A DNA stretch of 64,000 nucleotides from Eubacteriales bacterium (GTDB lineage: Bacteria; Bacillota; Clostridia; Oscillospirales; CAG-272). The translations under genes were made by a program, and so were the position numbers. The stretch covers positions 1,500 through 65,499 of the forward strand of contig JAZLLY010000028.1 in assembly GCA_045598385.1 (NCBI GenBank), written 5' to 3'. Under the pieces are notes generated by a model. That model searched no databases, had not been told where the DNA came from, and was given only the letters and a program-made list of their open reading frames with translations. This document shows positions 1-7,620 of this stretch, one piece after another (position 1 is the stretch's first letter; each line of letters opens with the position of its first letter).

Positions 1-318
1 CACCCGTTATGCCGAAAAACGACGTTTTTTTGACAAAAATCATGAGAAGCAGACTCACGGCGGCACCCGCCGCGCTGTAAAGGAATACCGTAAAACTGCC
101 GAAAAGCAGGGATGACAAAAAGACGCGCAGAAGTGATACCGCGGCGGCTTCCTTTCCCCCGAACGCGTAAAGCGTATAGATCACGGCAATATTGGCGAGC
201 CCCATCTTGACGCCCGGCACGGCGACCGAGAGCGGCGGCAAGAGACTTTCGAGATAAGACAGTACCAGCGCAATCGCCAGAAGCAGCGAAAGCGTAACGA
301 GTTTTTTCGTTTTGTTCA
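1..318 (-). CDS. Gx transporter family membrane protein (heptaprenyl diphosphate synthase component I-like), C-terminal part cut by the window edge
   Basis: Not in the ORF track because it runs off the window. My translation from GTG at 318 is VNKTKKLVTLSLLLAIALVLSYLESLLPPLSVAVPGVKMGLANIAVIYTLYAFGGKEAAAVSLLRVFLSSLLFGSF..., a polytopic membrane protein with the PGVKxGLANI core typical of this family. An AAAGGAG RBS lies just upstream of the GTG. Confidence 0.6.
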
Positions 319-330
319 CGGCGGCTCCTT

Positions 331-717
331 TCACGGCAGGACGATGTCCGCGCCGTTTTCCCCGTCCACGCGGATCTCGACGCGGTTCGGCAGGCAGACG
401 ATGCTCTCCCCGACGGCGGATATCTTCCCTCTCTTTTCACAGAGGAGGTTCGGGCAGTCGGCGTCGGTCACGCACGCCGTTCCGTCCTCGATCACGAGGA
501 TATGCGTCCCGCCGTTGATCTCATAGCTTCCGTTTCGGAAAAGCGAATAGGTCCCGACGGGCTCGCCGTCGTGATAAACCGTGACGGTTTTTCCGGGCTT
601 TTCGTTCGCTCGGACGATAAAAAAGGCAGACAAGCCGACGGCGAGCAAAAGAATCGCCAAAACGGCGTCCCGCAAAAGCGGGTTTTTCTTTTCTCGGTTC
701 ACCGGCTTATCTGCCAT
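331..717 (-). CDS. NusG domain II-containing protein (small membrane-anchored beta-barrel protein)
   Basis: 128 aa with one N-terminal TM helix (LAILLLAVGLSAFFIV), then VTVYHDGEPVGTYSL...HILVIEDG...CPNLLCEKRGKIS...IVCLPNRVEI, which matches the NusG_II pattern. AAAGGA RBS. It is paired with the Gx transporter gene downstream of rnf. Confidence 0.7.
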   Translation of the reverse strand: MADKPVNREKKNPLLRDAVLAILLLAVGLSAFFIVRANEKPGKTVTVYHDGEPVGTYSLFRNGSYEINGGTHILVIEDGTACVTDADCPNLLCEKRGKISAVGESIVCLPNRVEIRVDGENGADIVLP

Positions 718-735
718 TTCGGGATCGGTCCTTTC

Positions 736-1557
736 TTAATCCTCGTGGGCGGCACAACGGAAATTGCCGAGGTGGATCGCGCCGACGGGGCACGCTTCGT
801 GACATTTTCCGCATCCGACACACTTGTCGTAGTCGATTTTTGCGAGGTTGTTATCCAGCGTGATCGCACCCTCGGGACAGGTCTTCACGCACTTTCCGCA
901 ACCGATACAGCCCTTGATACAGGTCTTCCGCACGGCGGCGCCCATATCGTGGTTGGAACAGTTGACGGTGACTTTGACGACGTCGGGGACGACTCTGATG
1001 ATATGGTTCGGACATTCGCGCTCGCAGATACCGCAACCGATACAGAGAGACGGCTCCACGCGGGCAATGCCGTTTTTGACGGAGATGGCGCCGCGGGGAC
1101 AGACGGCAACGCAGTCGCCGTAGCCGAGACAGGCGTAGGAGCAGAAGCGATCGCCCTGATAATACATATTGGCGGCTTTGCAATTTTTCGGTCCGTCGTA
1201 CATGAACTTTCTGGTCTCGTCGCCGGAACAGGTTCCGCTGCAAGCGACGTAAGCGACCTTTTCGATCACGTCTTCGGCGCTGACGCCGAGAACGCCGGCG
1301 ATATTCTTCGCTGCGCCGTCGCCGCCGGGCACGCAAAGATTGGTCTTGGTCTCTTTGCCCTCGGCGAGCGCCAGAGCGTAACTGTCACAGCCGCTGTAGC
1401 CGCAGGCACCGCAGTTGGCACCCGGCAGGCAATCGCGGATCGGGGCGAAGTTCTCGTTCTCTTTCACAGAAAGAAACACGGCGGCAAGCGTCAGAAGCAC
1501 GGCGCAGAGGACGGCGGCGCCGCCTAAAATCAAAATCGGAAGTAAGATATTACTCAT
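736..1557 (-). CDS. rnfB: Rnf electron transport complex subunit B (polyferredoxin)
   Basis: N-terminal TM helix, then CGACGYSGCDSYA, then several CxxCxxCxxxCP 4Fe-4S motifs (CIGCGICERECP, CIGCGKCVKTCP, CVGCGKCHEACP). I place the start at ATG 1557 (MSNILLP) because a GAGGTG RBS lies 6 nt upstream. The track start at 1566 sits inside that RBS. Confidence 0.93.
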   Translation of the reverse strand: MSNILLPILILGGAAVLCAVLLTLAAVFLSVKENENFAPIRDCLPGANCGACGYSGCDSYALALAEGKETKTNLCVPGGDGAAKNIAGVLGVSAEDVIEKVAYVACSGTCSGDETRKFMYDGPKNCKAANMYYQGDRFCSYACLGYGDCVAVCPRGAISVKNGIARVEPSLCIGCGICERECPNHIIRVVPDVVKVTVNCSNHDMGAAVRKTCIKGCIGCGKCVKTCPEGAITLDNNLAKIDYDKCVGCGKCHEACPVGAIHLGNFRCAAHED

Positions 1558-1567
1558 GGCAGGCACC

Positions 1568-2164
1568 TCACTTCAACAGGGTTTCGACGACACCGGCAAA
1601 ACCGAAGAACGCAAGCGATACAATGGAAGCGGCGATCAGCGTGATCGGAACGCCGCGGAAGCACTTGGGCGTCGGGGCGTGTTCGATGCGGGAACGGACG
1701 CCGGCGAAAAGCACCATGGCGAAAAGGAATCCGAGTCCGACGCCGAGAGAAGAAATCATCGACTGGATGAAGTTGTATCCGTCGGAGATATTGTTGATCG
1801 TAACGCCCAGAACGGCACAGTTGGTCGTGATGAGCGGCAGATATACGCCGAGGGATTTATGAAGCGAGGGGAGAAACTTCTTCAGGACGATCTCGACGAA
1901 CTGGACGAGCGCCGCGATCACGAGAATGAAGACGATCGTCTGCAAATAATCGAGTTTGTTGGGCGTCAGAAGATACGTCTGGATCGGCCAGGTAACCGCC
2001 GTCGCGCAGAGCATGACGAAGATGACCGAAACGCCCATGCCCGCCGCCTGATCGACTTTCTTCGACACACCGAGAAACGGGCAGATACCGAGGAAACGCT
2101 GCAGCACGTAGTTGTTGACGAGCACGCCGCCCATCAGGATCAGAATCAACGATTTGATATCCAT
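1568..2164 (-). CDS. rnfA: Rnf complex subunit A
   Basis: MDIKSLILILMGGVLVNNYVLQRFLGICPFLGVS... is typical of RnfA/NqrE. The start at ATG 2164 overlaps the rnfE stop by 1 nt. The longer track ORF (to 2224) runs into rnfE. Confidence 0.93.
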   Translation of the reverse strand: MDIKSLILILMGGVLVNNYVLQRFLGICPFLGVSKKVDQAAGMGVSVIFVMLCATAVTWPIQTYLLTPNKLDYLQTIVFILVIAALVQFVEIVLKKFLPSLHKSLGVYLPLITTNCAVLGVTINNISDGYNFIQSMISSLGVGLGFLFAMVLFAGVRSRIEHAPTPKCFRGVPITLIAASIVSLAFFGFAGVVETLLK

Positions 2165-2892
2165 TACGCGTTTTCCTCCTTTTCGCTTTCGGTATGATCG
2201 GAGATCTCCGCCATTTCGGAGCAAGCGTGTTTGTTACAGGTCGCGGCGGAGGGGCATCCCTCACAGGAGAAGCTCTTGCGCTTGACGCCGCCCTGCTTTT
2301 CCATGATCTTATTCATCGCGGCGATGAGAAGTCCGAACACGAGGAAGCCGCCGGGTGCCTGCGTCAGAATGGCGATCTTATACGGTTCGAGGAACTTGAT
2401 GGGAAGTCCGGCGAAACTGGCGTTGCCGAAGACTTCGCGCACGGTCGCCATCACGAGAAGCGCCAGCAGGAAGCCGAGTCCCATGCCGAGACCGTCGAGC
2501 GCGGAATCCGGCACGGTGTTCTTTCTCGCGAACATTTCGGCTCTGCCGAGAATGATACAGTTGACGACGATGAGGGCAAGGTAAACGCCCATCATATCGT
2601 AGATGTCGGGCAGGTACGCGTGCATCAGCATCTGAACGACGGAGACGAAACCGGCGATCACGACGATGTAGCAGGGGATGCGCACCGTCTCGGGAATCAC
2701 TTTCCGGAGCGCGGAGATCGCGGCGTTGGAACAGATCAGCACGAGCGTCGCCGCGATGCCCATACCGAGAGCGGAGATGACACCCGTCGTCTGCGCCAGC
2801 GTCGGGCAGGTGCCGAGGACGAGGACCAGGACGGGGTTTTCCATGATCAGTCCCTTGAGGACGATCAGAAGTTTACTGTTTTTCATCTTCAT
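2164..2892 (-). CDS. rnfE: Rnf complex subunit E with a C-terminal Cys-rich extension
   Basis: NPVLVLVLGTCPTLAQTT...LALIVVNCIILGRAE is the RnfE/NqrD core. The start overlaps the rnfG stop (ATGA). The last ~48 aa (KRKSFSCEGCPSAATCNKHACSEMAEISDHTESEKEENA) are extra. Confidence 0.92.
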   Translation of the reverse strand: MKMKNSKLLIVLKGLIMENPVLVLVLGTCPTLAQTTGVISALGMGIAATLVLICSNAAISALRKVIPETVRIPCYIVVIAGFVSVVQMLMHAYLPDIYDMMGVYLALIVVNCIILGRAEMFARKNTVPDSALDGLGMGLGFLLALLVMATVREVFGNASFAGLPIKFLEPYKIAILTQAPGGFLVFGLLIAAMNKIMEKQGGVKRKSFSCEGCPSAATCNKHACSEMAEISDHTESEKEENA

Positions 2893-3425
2893 TTCACGTT
2901 ACCTCCCGACACGGTTTCGTAAGCGGAGAGGGCGTCCGTCATCATTTCACGGAACGCGGTGGACGAGAACGTGATGCCGGCGCTGACTTCGACGCCGGCG
3001 GCTTCGCTCTTGTCTTTATCCAAAAAGTTCTTGTGCCAGTCGCCGAAGTTCCTGGTTTCGAAATACGACGTGACTTTGACGTTTTTGATCTTTCCGTCGC
3101 CGATCGCAACGGTGGCGTCGAGCGACTGCCCGGAGGAAGTGAACTTCGACTTCGTCGAAAGGAGCATCACGTAGGCGCCGGAGTTTTTATCGAGATAGAC
3201 GGCGCCGACGGTGGCGGGAAGTCCCTCCGCCGCGATCTCTTCAAAATCGCCGCCGGGGAGCACCTCCGAAAGGGACGCCATTTTTCTTTCCTCGGTCACG
3301 CGCTCGATGATCGGCGCGGTCAGGAGATTGACGGTGGCGAGCAGAGCCGCCACAACGAGACATATCACGCCGAGGACGATAGTGGGTTTCGCGGTCTCGA
3401 AGTTGAACTTTTTCTTTTCCGTCAT
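2889..3425 (-). CDS. rnfG: Rnf complex subunit G (FMN-binding)
   Basis: N-terminal TM anchor and a C-terminal FMN-attachment-type motif, VSAGITFSSTAF. Its position between rnfD and rnfE fits. Confidence 0.9.
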   Translation of the reverse strand: MTEKKKFNFETAKPTIVLGVICLVVAALLATVNLLTAPIIERVTEERKMASLSEVLPGGDFEEIAAEGLPATVGAVYLDKNSGAYVMLLSTKSKFTSSGQSLDATVAIGDGKIKNVKVTSYFETRNFGDWHKNFLDKDKSEAAGVEVSAGITFSSTAFREMMTDALSAYETVSGGNVK

Positions 3426-4357
3426 TTCGTCTCACCTCCGAGGGCGCGGACCTTCGTCCACTTTTCAAGATACGGGGAAACGATGTTCATCAGCAGAATC
3501 GCGAAGGAAACGCCCTCGGGATAATTGCCGAAGAAGCGGATAAGACAGGTCACAAGGCCGCAACCGAAAGCAAAGATCAGTTTGCCGACCGGGGTGATCG
3601 GGATCGTGACGTAATCGGTCGCCATGAAGAACGCGCCAATCACGAGACCACCCGCCAGAATCTCGTACAGGGCAAGCTCCGCCGAGCCGAAATAGATCCA
3701 GCTGAAGGCGAACACGGTACCGATGAAGACGAGAGGGATATACGGTTTGATGATGCCGCGGGCGATGAGGTAGATCCCGCCGACGAGAAGCGCAAGGATG
3801 CAGGTCTCGCCGATGGCGCCGCCGCGCAGACCGAGAAACATATCGAGAAGCGACGGAAGCGCCTTTTCCGTTCCGATCGCTTCCAGCGGCGTAGCGCCCG
3901 AGGTGATCTCCGCTTTCACGGGGAACGCGGCTTTCGCCGTTTCGGTAAAGGCGATCAGCATAAAAACGCGGGCGGTGATCGCGGGATTCGCGAAGTTACA
4001 GCCGAGACCGCCGAAAAGGCATTTCACGACGACGACGGCGAACACCGAGCCGATCACGCACTGAAAGATTCCGATATCAACGGGCAGATTCATGCCCAGC
4101 AAAAGACCGGTGACGGCGGCGGAAAGATCGCCGACCGTCTGCTCTTTTTTCGCAAGAAGATTGAAGCCCGCTTCCGAAAGGACCGAGGAAGCGACGCATA
4201 CGGCAAGGACGAGAAGCGCGCGCCAACCGAAGATGACGCACCCTGCCGCCGCCGCGGGAACGAGCGCGATCAGCACGTCGAGCATGACGCGCTGTGTCGT
4301 CAGCTTCGACTTGACGTGGGGCGATGACGATACGATCAGTTTTTCCATGTGCATCAT
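3422..4357 (-). CDS. rnfD: Rnf complex subunit D
   Basis: VSSSPHV...polytopic...FFMATDYVTIP...EGVSFAILLMN are RnfD/NqrB hallmarks. The start overlaps the rnfC stop. Confidence 0.93.
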   Translation of the reverse strand: MMHMEKLIVSSSPHVKSKLTTQRVMLDVLIALVPAAAAGCVIFGWRALLVLAVCVASSVLSEAGFNLLAKKEQTVGDLSAAVTGLLLGMNLPVDIGIFQCVIGSVFAVVVVKCLFGGLGCNFANPAITARVFMLIAFTETAKAAFPVKAEITSGATPLEAIGTEKALPSLLDMFLGLRGGAIGETCILALLVGGIYLIARGIIKPYIPLVFIGTVFAFSWIYFGSAELALYEILAGGLVIGAFFMATDYVTIPITPVGKLIFAFGCGLVTCLIRFFGNYPEGVSFAILLMNIVSPYLEKWTKVRALGGETK

Positions 4358-5685
4358 CCTTTCAGCGTTGCCTGACGGGCGTTGTATTCACGCACTTCCG
4401 CTTTGGCAAGGCGATTGTTTTGTACCAGGGGACGCTTCGAGGGACAAACGAAAGAGCAACAGCCGCATTCCATACAGAGATTGATATTCTCGGCGTCGAG
4501 CAGGCGGGCGCGTTCGTCTTTGTTATCGAGTCCCATATAAGTGGTGAAGAGCGTCGGCGTCAGTCCCATCGGACAATGCTCGACGCAGCGTCCGCAATGG
4601 ATGCAGGGCGCGGTCTTCTCGCTCTCGGCGCTCTTGTGATCGAAGACGGTCAGGGCGTTCGTGGTCTTGAGGACGGGATCCTTGACGCTGTAAACGGAGA
4701 TGCCCATCATGGGACCGCCGTAGAGGACCTTCGCGACTTTCGCCTCATCCACGCCGACAAAGTTCAGAACGTCGATGATCGGCGTTCCGATCGGCACGAT
4801 GACATTTTTCGGTTCATCGACCGCCGTGCCGTCCACCGTCACGCATTTTTCGATCAGCGGCATTCCGGTCTTCGCATACTGACCGAGAAACGCGAGGGAC
4901 GTCACATTGATGACGAGGACGCCGACGTCGGCGGGCAGTTTGCCTTTCGGGACGGTGCGTCCCGTCGTGTTATAAATGAGGACTTTTTCACCGCCCTGCG
5001 GATAAGTCTCGGGCAGGACCTTGACGGAAAACTTTTCGTTGTCAAGGAACGTTTCCCGCATTTTTTCGATGGCTTCGGGCTTGTTCTTTTCCACGCCGAG
5101 GATGTATTTTTCGGCGGAAAGATACGTCATGAGAAGTTCAACGCCGGCCTTTACGTCCTCCGCCCGGTCGATCATCGTGCGGGTGTCGGAGGTGATGTAC
5201 GGCTCGCATTCGGCACCGTTGATGACGACGGTATCGAAAAGCCCTTTCTTTTCGGCGTCCAGCTTGACCGCCGTCGGAAAGCCCGCGCCGCCGAGACCGA
5301 CGAGTCCCGACTCCGCCACCGCTTTGCGGAAGGAATCAAAATCAAAAATATCGGGGGGCTTCACCGTCTCCGAAACGGTCATAAGGCCGTCCGAAACGAT
5401 ACGGATCGCGCTGACGCGCCGTCCGGCGGAGACAAGGACGCTCTCGTCCTTTCCGACCGTTCCCGAAATCGGAGCGTAGATGGGCGACGAAACGTAACCG
5501 CCGCTCTCGGCGATCTTCTGCCCGACCTTGACGGTATCTCCCGCTTTGACGAGCGACGCCGCCGGGGCGCCGATATGCTGTGACAGAGGGATCAGCACCT
5601 CTGCCGGCGCCGGCATACGGACGGCAGGGAGATTTGCCGTATGCTTTTCGTGAGGAATGTGCGTTTTCCCGAGGAAATGAAACAT
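4354..5685 (-). CDS. rnfC: Rnf complex subunit C (NADH-binding, 2x[4Fe-4S])
   Basis: GLVGLGGAGFPTAVK, plus CIHCGRCVEHCP and CMECGCCSFVCP. I chose the start at ATG 5685 (MFHFLGK) because a GGAAAGGA RBS lies upstream. The track start is 5715. Confidence 0.93.
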   Translation of the reverse strand: MFHFLGKTHIPHEKHTANLPAVRMPAPAEVLIPLSQHIGAPAASLVKAGDTVKVGQKIAESGGYVSSPIYAPISGTVGKDESVLVSAGRRVSAIRIVSDGLMTVSETVKPPDIFDFDSFRKAVAESGLVGLGGAGFPTAVKLDAEKKGLFDTVVINGAECEPYITSDTRTMIDRAEDVKAGVELLMTYLSAEKYILGVEKNKPEAIEKMRETFLDNEKFSVKVLPETYPQGGEKVLIYNTTGRTVPKGKLPADVGVLVINVTSLAFLGQYAKTGMPLIEKCVTVDGTAVDEPKNVIVPIGTPIIDVLNFVGVDEAKVAKVLYGGPMMGISVYSVKDPVLKTTNALTVFDHKSAESEKTAPCIHCGRCVEHCPMGLTPTLFTTYMGLDNKDERARLLDAENINLCMECGCCSFVCPSKRPLVQNNRLAKAEVREYNARQATLKG

Positions 5686-5757
5686 CGTGATCCTTTCCTG
5701 CAAGTTGACTTGCATTTTGAAAACGGTTAATTTCCAAATTTTTTATATGACATTTCC

Positions 5758-5786
5758 ATTCTAACACAACGTTTTCCTTTTTTCAA
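5758..5786 (-). promoter_or_regulatory. Candidate sigma-A promoter of rnfCDGEAB
   Basis: On the minus strand: TTGAAA-17 nt-TAGAAT with a TGT extended -10, about 70 nt upstream of the rnfC start. Confidence 0.5.
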
Positions 5787-5805
5787 CCCTTTTCGCGCAT
5801 ATAAA

Positions 5806-5825
5806 ATCGTTAAATATTTAACGAT
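5806..5825. promoter_or_regulatory. Perfect 20-bp palindrome, a Rex-box-like operator candidate
   Basis: ATCGTTAAATATTTAACGAT. The inner 18 bp, TCGTTAAATATTTAACGA, match the clostridial Rex box TTGTTAAnnnnTTAACAA at 16/18 positions with symmetric mismatches. It lies in the rnfC/perR divergent region. Confidence 0.45.
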
Positions 5826-5891
5826 CAAAGTAAAGAACCCTTTACATTTTCGTTCGGTCGGAAAAAAGGCGGGAACTTCCCTTAAAATCCC

Positions 5892-5920
5892 TTGACATCC
5901 GCGCTCTTCTTTGATATAAT
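5892..5920 (+). promoter_or_regulatory. Consensus sigma-A promoter of the perR-like/rubrerythrin unit
   Basis: TTGACA (5892-5897), 17-nt spacer, TATAAT (5915-5920). Confidence 0.65.
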
Positions 5921-5929
5921 GAGTCCGTA

Positions 5930-5946
5930 TTTAGAATCATTCTAAA
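5930..5946. promoter_or_regulatory. PerR/Fur-type operator (7-1-7 palindrome)
   Basis: TTTAGAATCATTCTAAA is a perfect palindrome lying between the -10 and the RBS. It resembles the PerR box TTATAATnATTATAA. Confidence 0.6.
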
Positions 5947-5958
5947 AAAGGAGTCCGC

Positions 5959-6321
5959 ATGACAAAACAACGACTCGCCATCCTCTCCTGTCTTGCCCGG
6001 TATCCCGGACACTACACGACGGCGGAGATCTATGCTCTCGCCAAAGAGGAATATCCGGGACTTTCCCGCGCGACGGTCTATAACGCGCTCCCCACTCTGA
6101 CGGCGGAGGGAAAACTGAAGAAGATCATGACGGACGGCAACACCGCGATCTACGACACGACGGTGTGCGATCATCCGCACGCGGTCTGCCCCGTTTGCGG
6201 CTCATGGGAGGACGTTTTTCTGCCCGACATCGGACGCGCCGTCGAAGCCGCGTTCGGCGAGCCGGTCTGCTATTCCCTCACGATCCACCGCCTTTGCGAG
6301 AAGTGTAAAAATCAAAAATAA
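5959..6321 (+). CDS. perR: Fur-family transcriptional repressor, probably peroxide sensor PerR
   Basis: 120 aa. Winged-helix N-terminus (RLAILSCLARYPGHYTAEIY...ATVYNAL) and two Cys pairs (CPVCG, CEKC). It is adjacent to rubrerythrin and preceded by a PerR-like box. The PerR versus Fur/Zur assignment is inferred from context. Confidence 0.75.
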   Translation: MTKQRLAILSCLARYPGHYTTAEIYALAKEEYPGLSRATVYNALPTLTAEGKLKKIMTDGNTAIYDTTVCDHPHAVCPVCGSWEDVFLPDIGRAVEAAFGEPVCYSLTIHRLCEKCKNQK

Positions 6322-6342
6322 AAACATAAAGGAGAATCCAAA

Positions 6343-6876
6343 ATGGAACTCAAGGGAACCAAAACCGAACAAAATCTGCTGACGGCTTTTGCCGGCGAAT
6401 CGCAGGCGAGAAACAAGTACACCTACTTTGCTTCCGTAGCGAAGAAAGAGGGCTACGAGCAGATCGCGGAGATCTTCGAGAAAACCGCGAACAACGAAAA
6501 GGAACACGCAAAACTCTGGTTCAAGGCACTCGGTGAACTCGGCACCACCGCCGAAAATCTCGCCGCCGCCGCTGCCGGTGAAAACTACGAATGGACCGAT
6601 ATGTACGAGCGTTTCGCAAAAGACGCCGAGGAAGAGGGCTTCAAAGCGCTCGCTTTCCAGTTCCGCGCCGTCGCCGCTATCGAAAAGGCACACGAGGAGC
6701 GTTACCGCGCTCTGCTTTCCAACGTGGAAATGCAGAAAGTCTTTGAAAAAGGCGAAATGACCATGTGGGAATGCCGCAACTGCGGTCATCTCGTCATGGG
6801 CGCGAAAGCACCGGCGGTATGCCCGGTCTGCGCACATCCGCAGAGCTTCTTCGAAGTCCGCAAAGAAAACTATTGA
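6343..6876 (+). CDS. rbr: Rubrerythrin
   Basis: Ferritin-like di-iron motifs ([22 protein letters not shown]...IEKAHEERY) plus a C-terminal rubredoxin-like CRNCGH...CPVCAHP. Confidence 0.95.
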   Translation: MELKGTKTEQNLLTAFAGESQARNKYTYFASVAKKEGYEQIAEIFEKTANNEKEHAKLWFKALGELGTTAENLAAAAAGENYEWTDMYERFAKDAEEEGFKALAFQFRAVAAIEKAHEERYRALLSNVEMQKVFEKGEMTMWECRNCGHLVMGAKAPAVCPVCAHPQSFFEVRKENY

Positions 6877-6885
6877 GCGCCTCAT

Positions 6886-6901
6886 CCGCCGCGCGCGGCG
6901 G
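6886..6901 (+). other. 16-bp GC-only perfect palindrome directly after the rbr stop
   Basis: CCGCCGCGCGCGGCGG with no U-run. It could form a stable 3' hairpin but does not look like a classical terminator. Confidence 0.5.
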
Positions 6902-6958
6902 CTTCGCCGCAGTTATGAACTGTGAGTTATGAATTATGAGTTATTTTCTTTCGGAAAA

Positions 6959-7205
6959 ACTTTGCGCTTTGCGCAAATCAGAACTGTGCCGCAGGCACAC
7001 CATAACTTGCCCGCAGGGCAATCATAACTTTGCGCTCTGCACAAATCATAACTGTGCCGCAGGCACACCGTAACTTGCCCGCAGGGCAATCATAACTTTG
7101 CGCTCTGCGCAAATCATAACTGTGCCGCAGGCACACCGTAACTTGCCCGCAGGGCAATCATAACTTTGCGCTCCGCGCAAATCATAACTGTGCCGCAGGC
7201 ACACC
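6959..7205. repeat. Tandem array of 11 mini-hairpins, about 3.6 copies of a 68-bp unit made of three ~21-25 bp sub-units
   Basis: The unit is actgTGCCgcaGGCAcaccgtaacTTGCCCgcaGGGCAAtcataacTTTGCGCtctGCGCAAAtcata. Unit starts at 6983, 7051, 7119 and 7187 give an exact 68-bp period. The left flank 6912-6945 carries GTTATGA-type repeats (two exact copies plus ATTATGA), the reverse complement of the TCATAAC linker used inside the array. Confidence 0.9.
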
Positions 7206-7216
7206 GTTCAGCACCG

Positions 7217-7267
7217 AAAGGATGGTAAAAACTCTGTCGCGTTTTTGCCATCCTTTCCCTTTTTTTT
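7217..7267 (+). terminator. Rho-independent terminator closing the rbr unit
   Basis: AAAGGATGGTAAAAA-10 nt-TTTTTGCCATCCTTT, followed shortly by a run of eight T (7260-7267). Confidence 0.8.
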
Positions 7268-7285
7268 CGGAAATTTCAAAAACCC

Positions 7286-7314
7286 TTGCATTTTCAAAAG
7301 CGTTGTGCTACAAT
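7286..7314 (+). promoter_or_regulatory. Sigma-A promoter of the lysine operon leader
   Basis: TTGCAT-17 nt-TACAAT. Confidence 0.6.
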
Positions 7315-7321
7315 GAGGAAA

Positions 7322-7555
7322 ATGAAAGATAGAGGCGCACTTATCAAGAGTAGCACGCATCCCGTGGATCCCGGCAAGATCCGGAACGTGCGAAAGGGGT
7401 CGGTGCCGAAGGCAACCCTGCCGAGGTTGGACCTGGTGGCGAGAATAACATTCTCCTCACTGTCGCGTTTTCGCGGAGAGCTATCGAACGACCTGCTTTT
7501 CTTCGGGGGAGTATCGTTTTTTGATGGCCGACTTTCATCGGCTGTTTTTTTATGC
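7322..7555 (+). promoter_or_regulatory. Lysine riboswitch (L-box) with a short terminator-like expression platform
   Basis: L-box signatures in order: GATAGAGGCGC..., GTGCGAAAGGGG, GTGCCGAAG, and GGAGAGCTATCG, which closes P1 with GATAG. Then GCCGActttcaTCGGCtgTTTTTTT (about 7527-7551). It is upstream of dapA-dapB-ddh-lysA. The terminator stem is short (5 bp). Confidence 0.85.
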
Positions 7556-7620
7556 TTCCGTTTTTTCCCGCTTTGGGCGGTGCTTTGCAATAATACGTCT
7601 GACGACAAGGAGATACCGTT

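Noticed and set aside
6959-7205. The 68-bp array as a CRISPR array.
   Set aside because: There are no unique spacers, since the whole unit repeats. The units are only 21-25 bp hairpins, and no cas genes or leader are present in the window.
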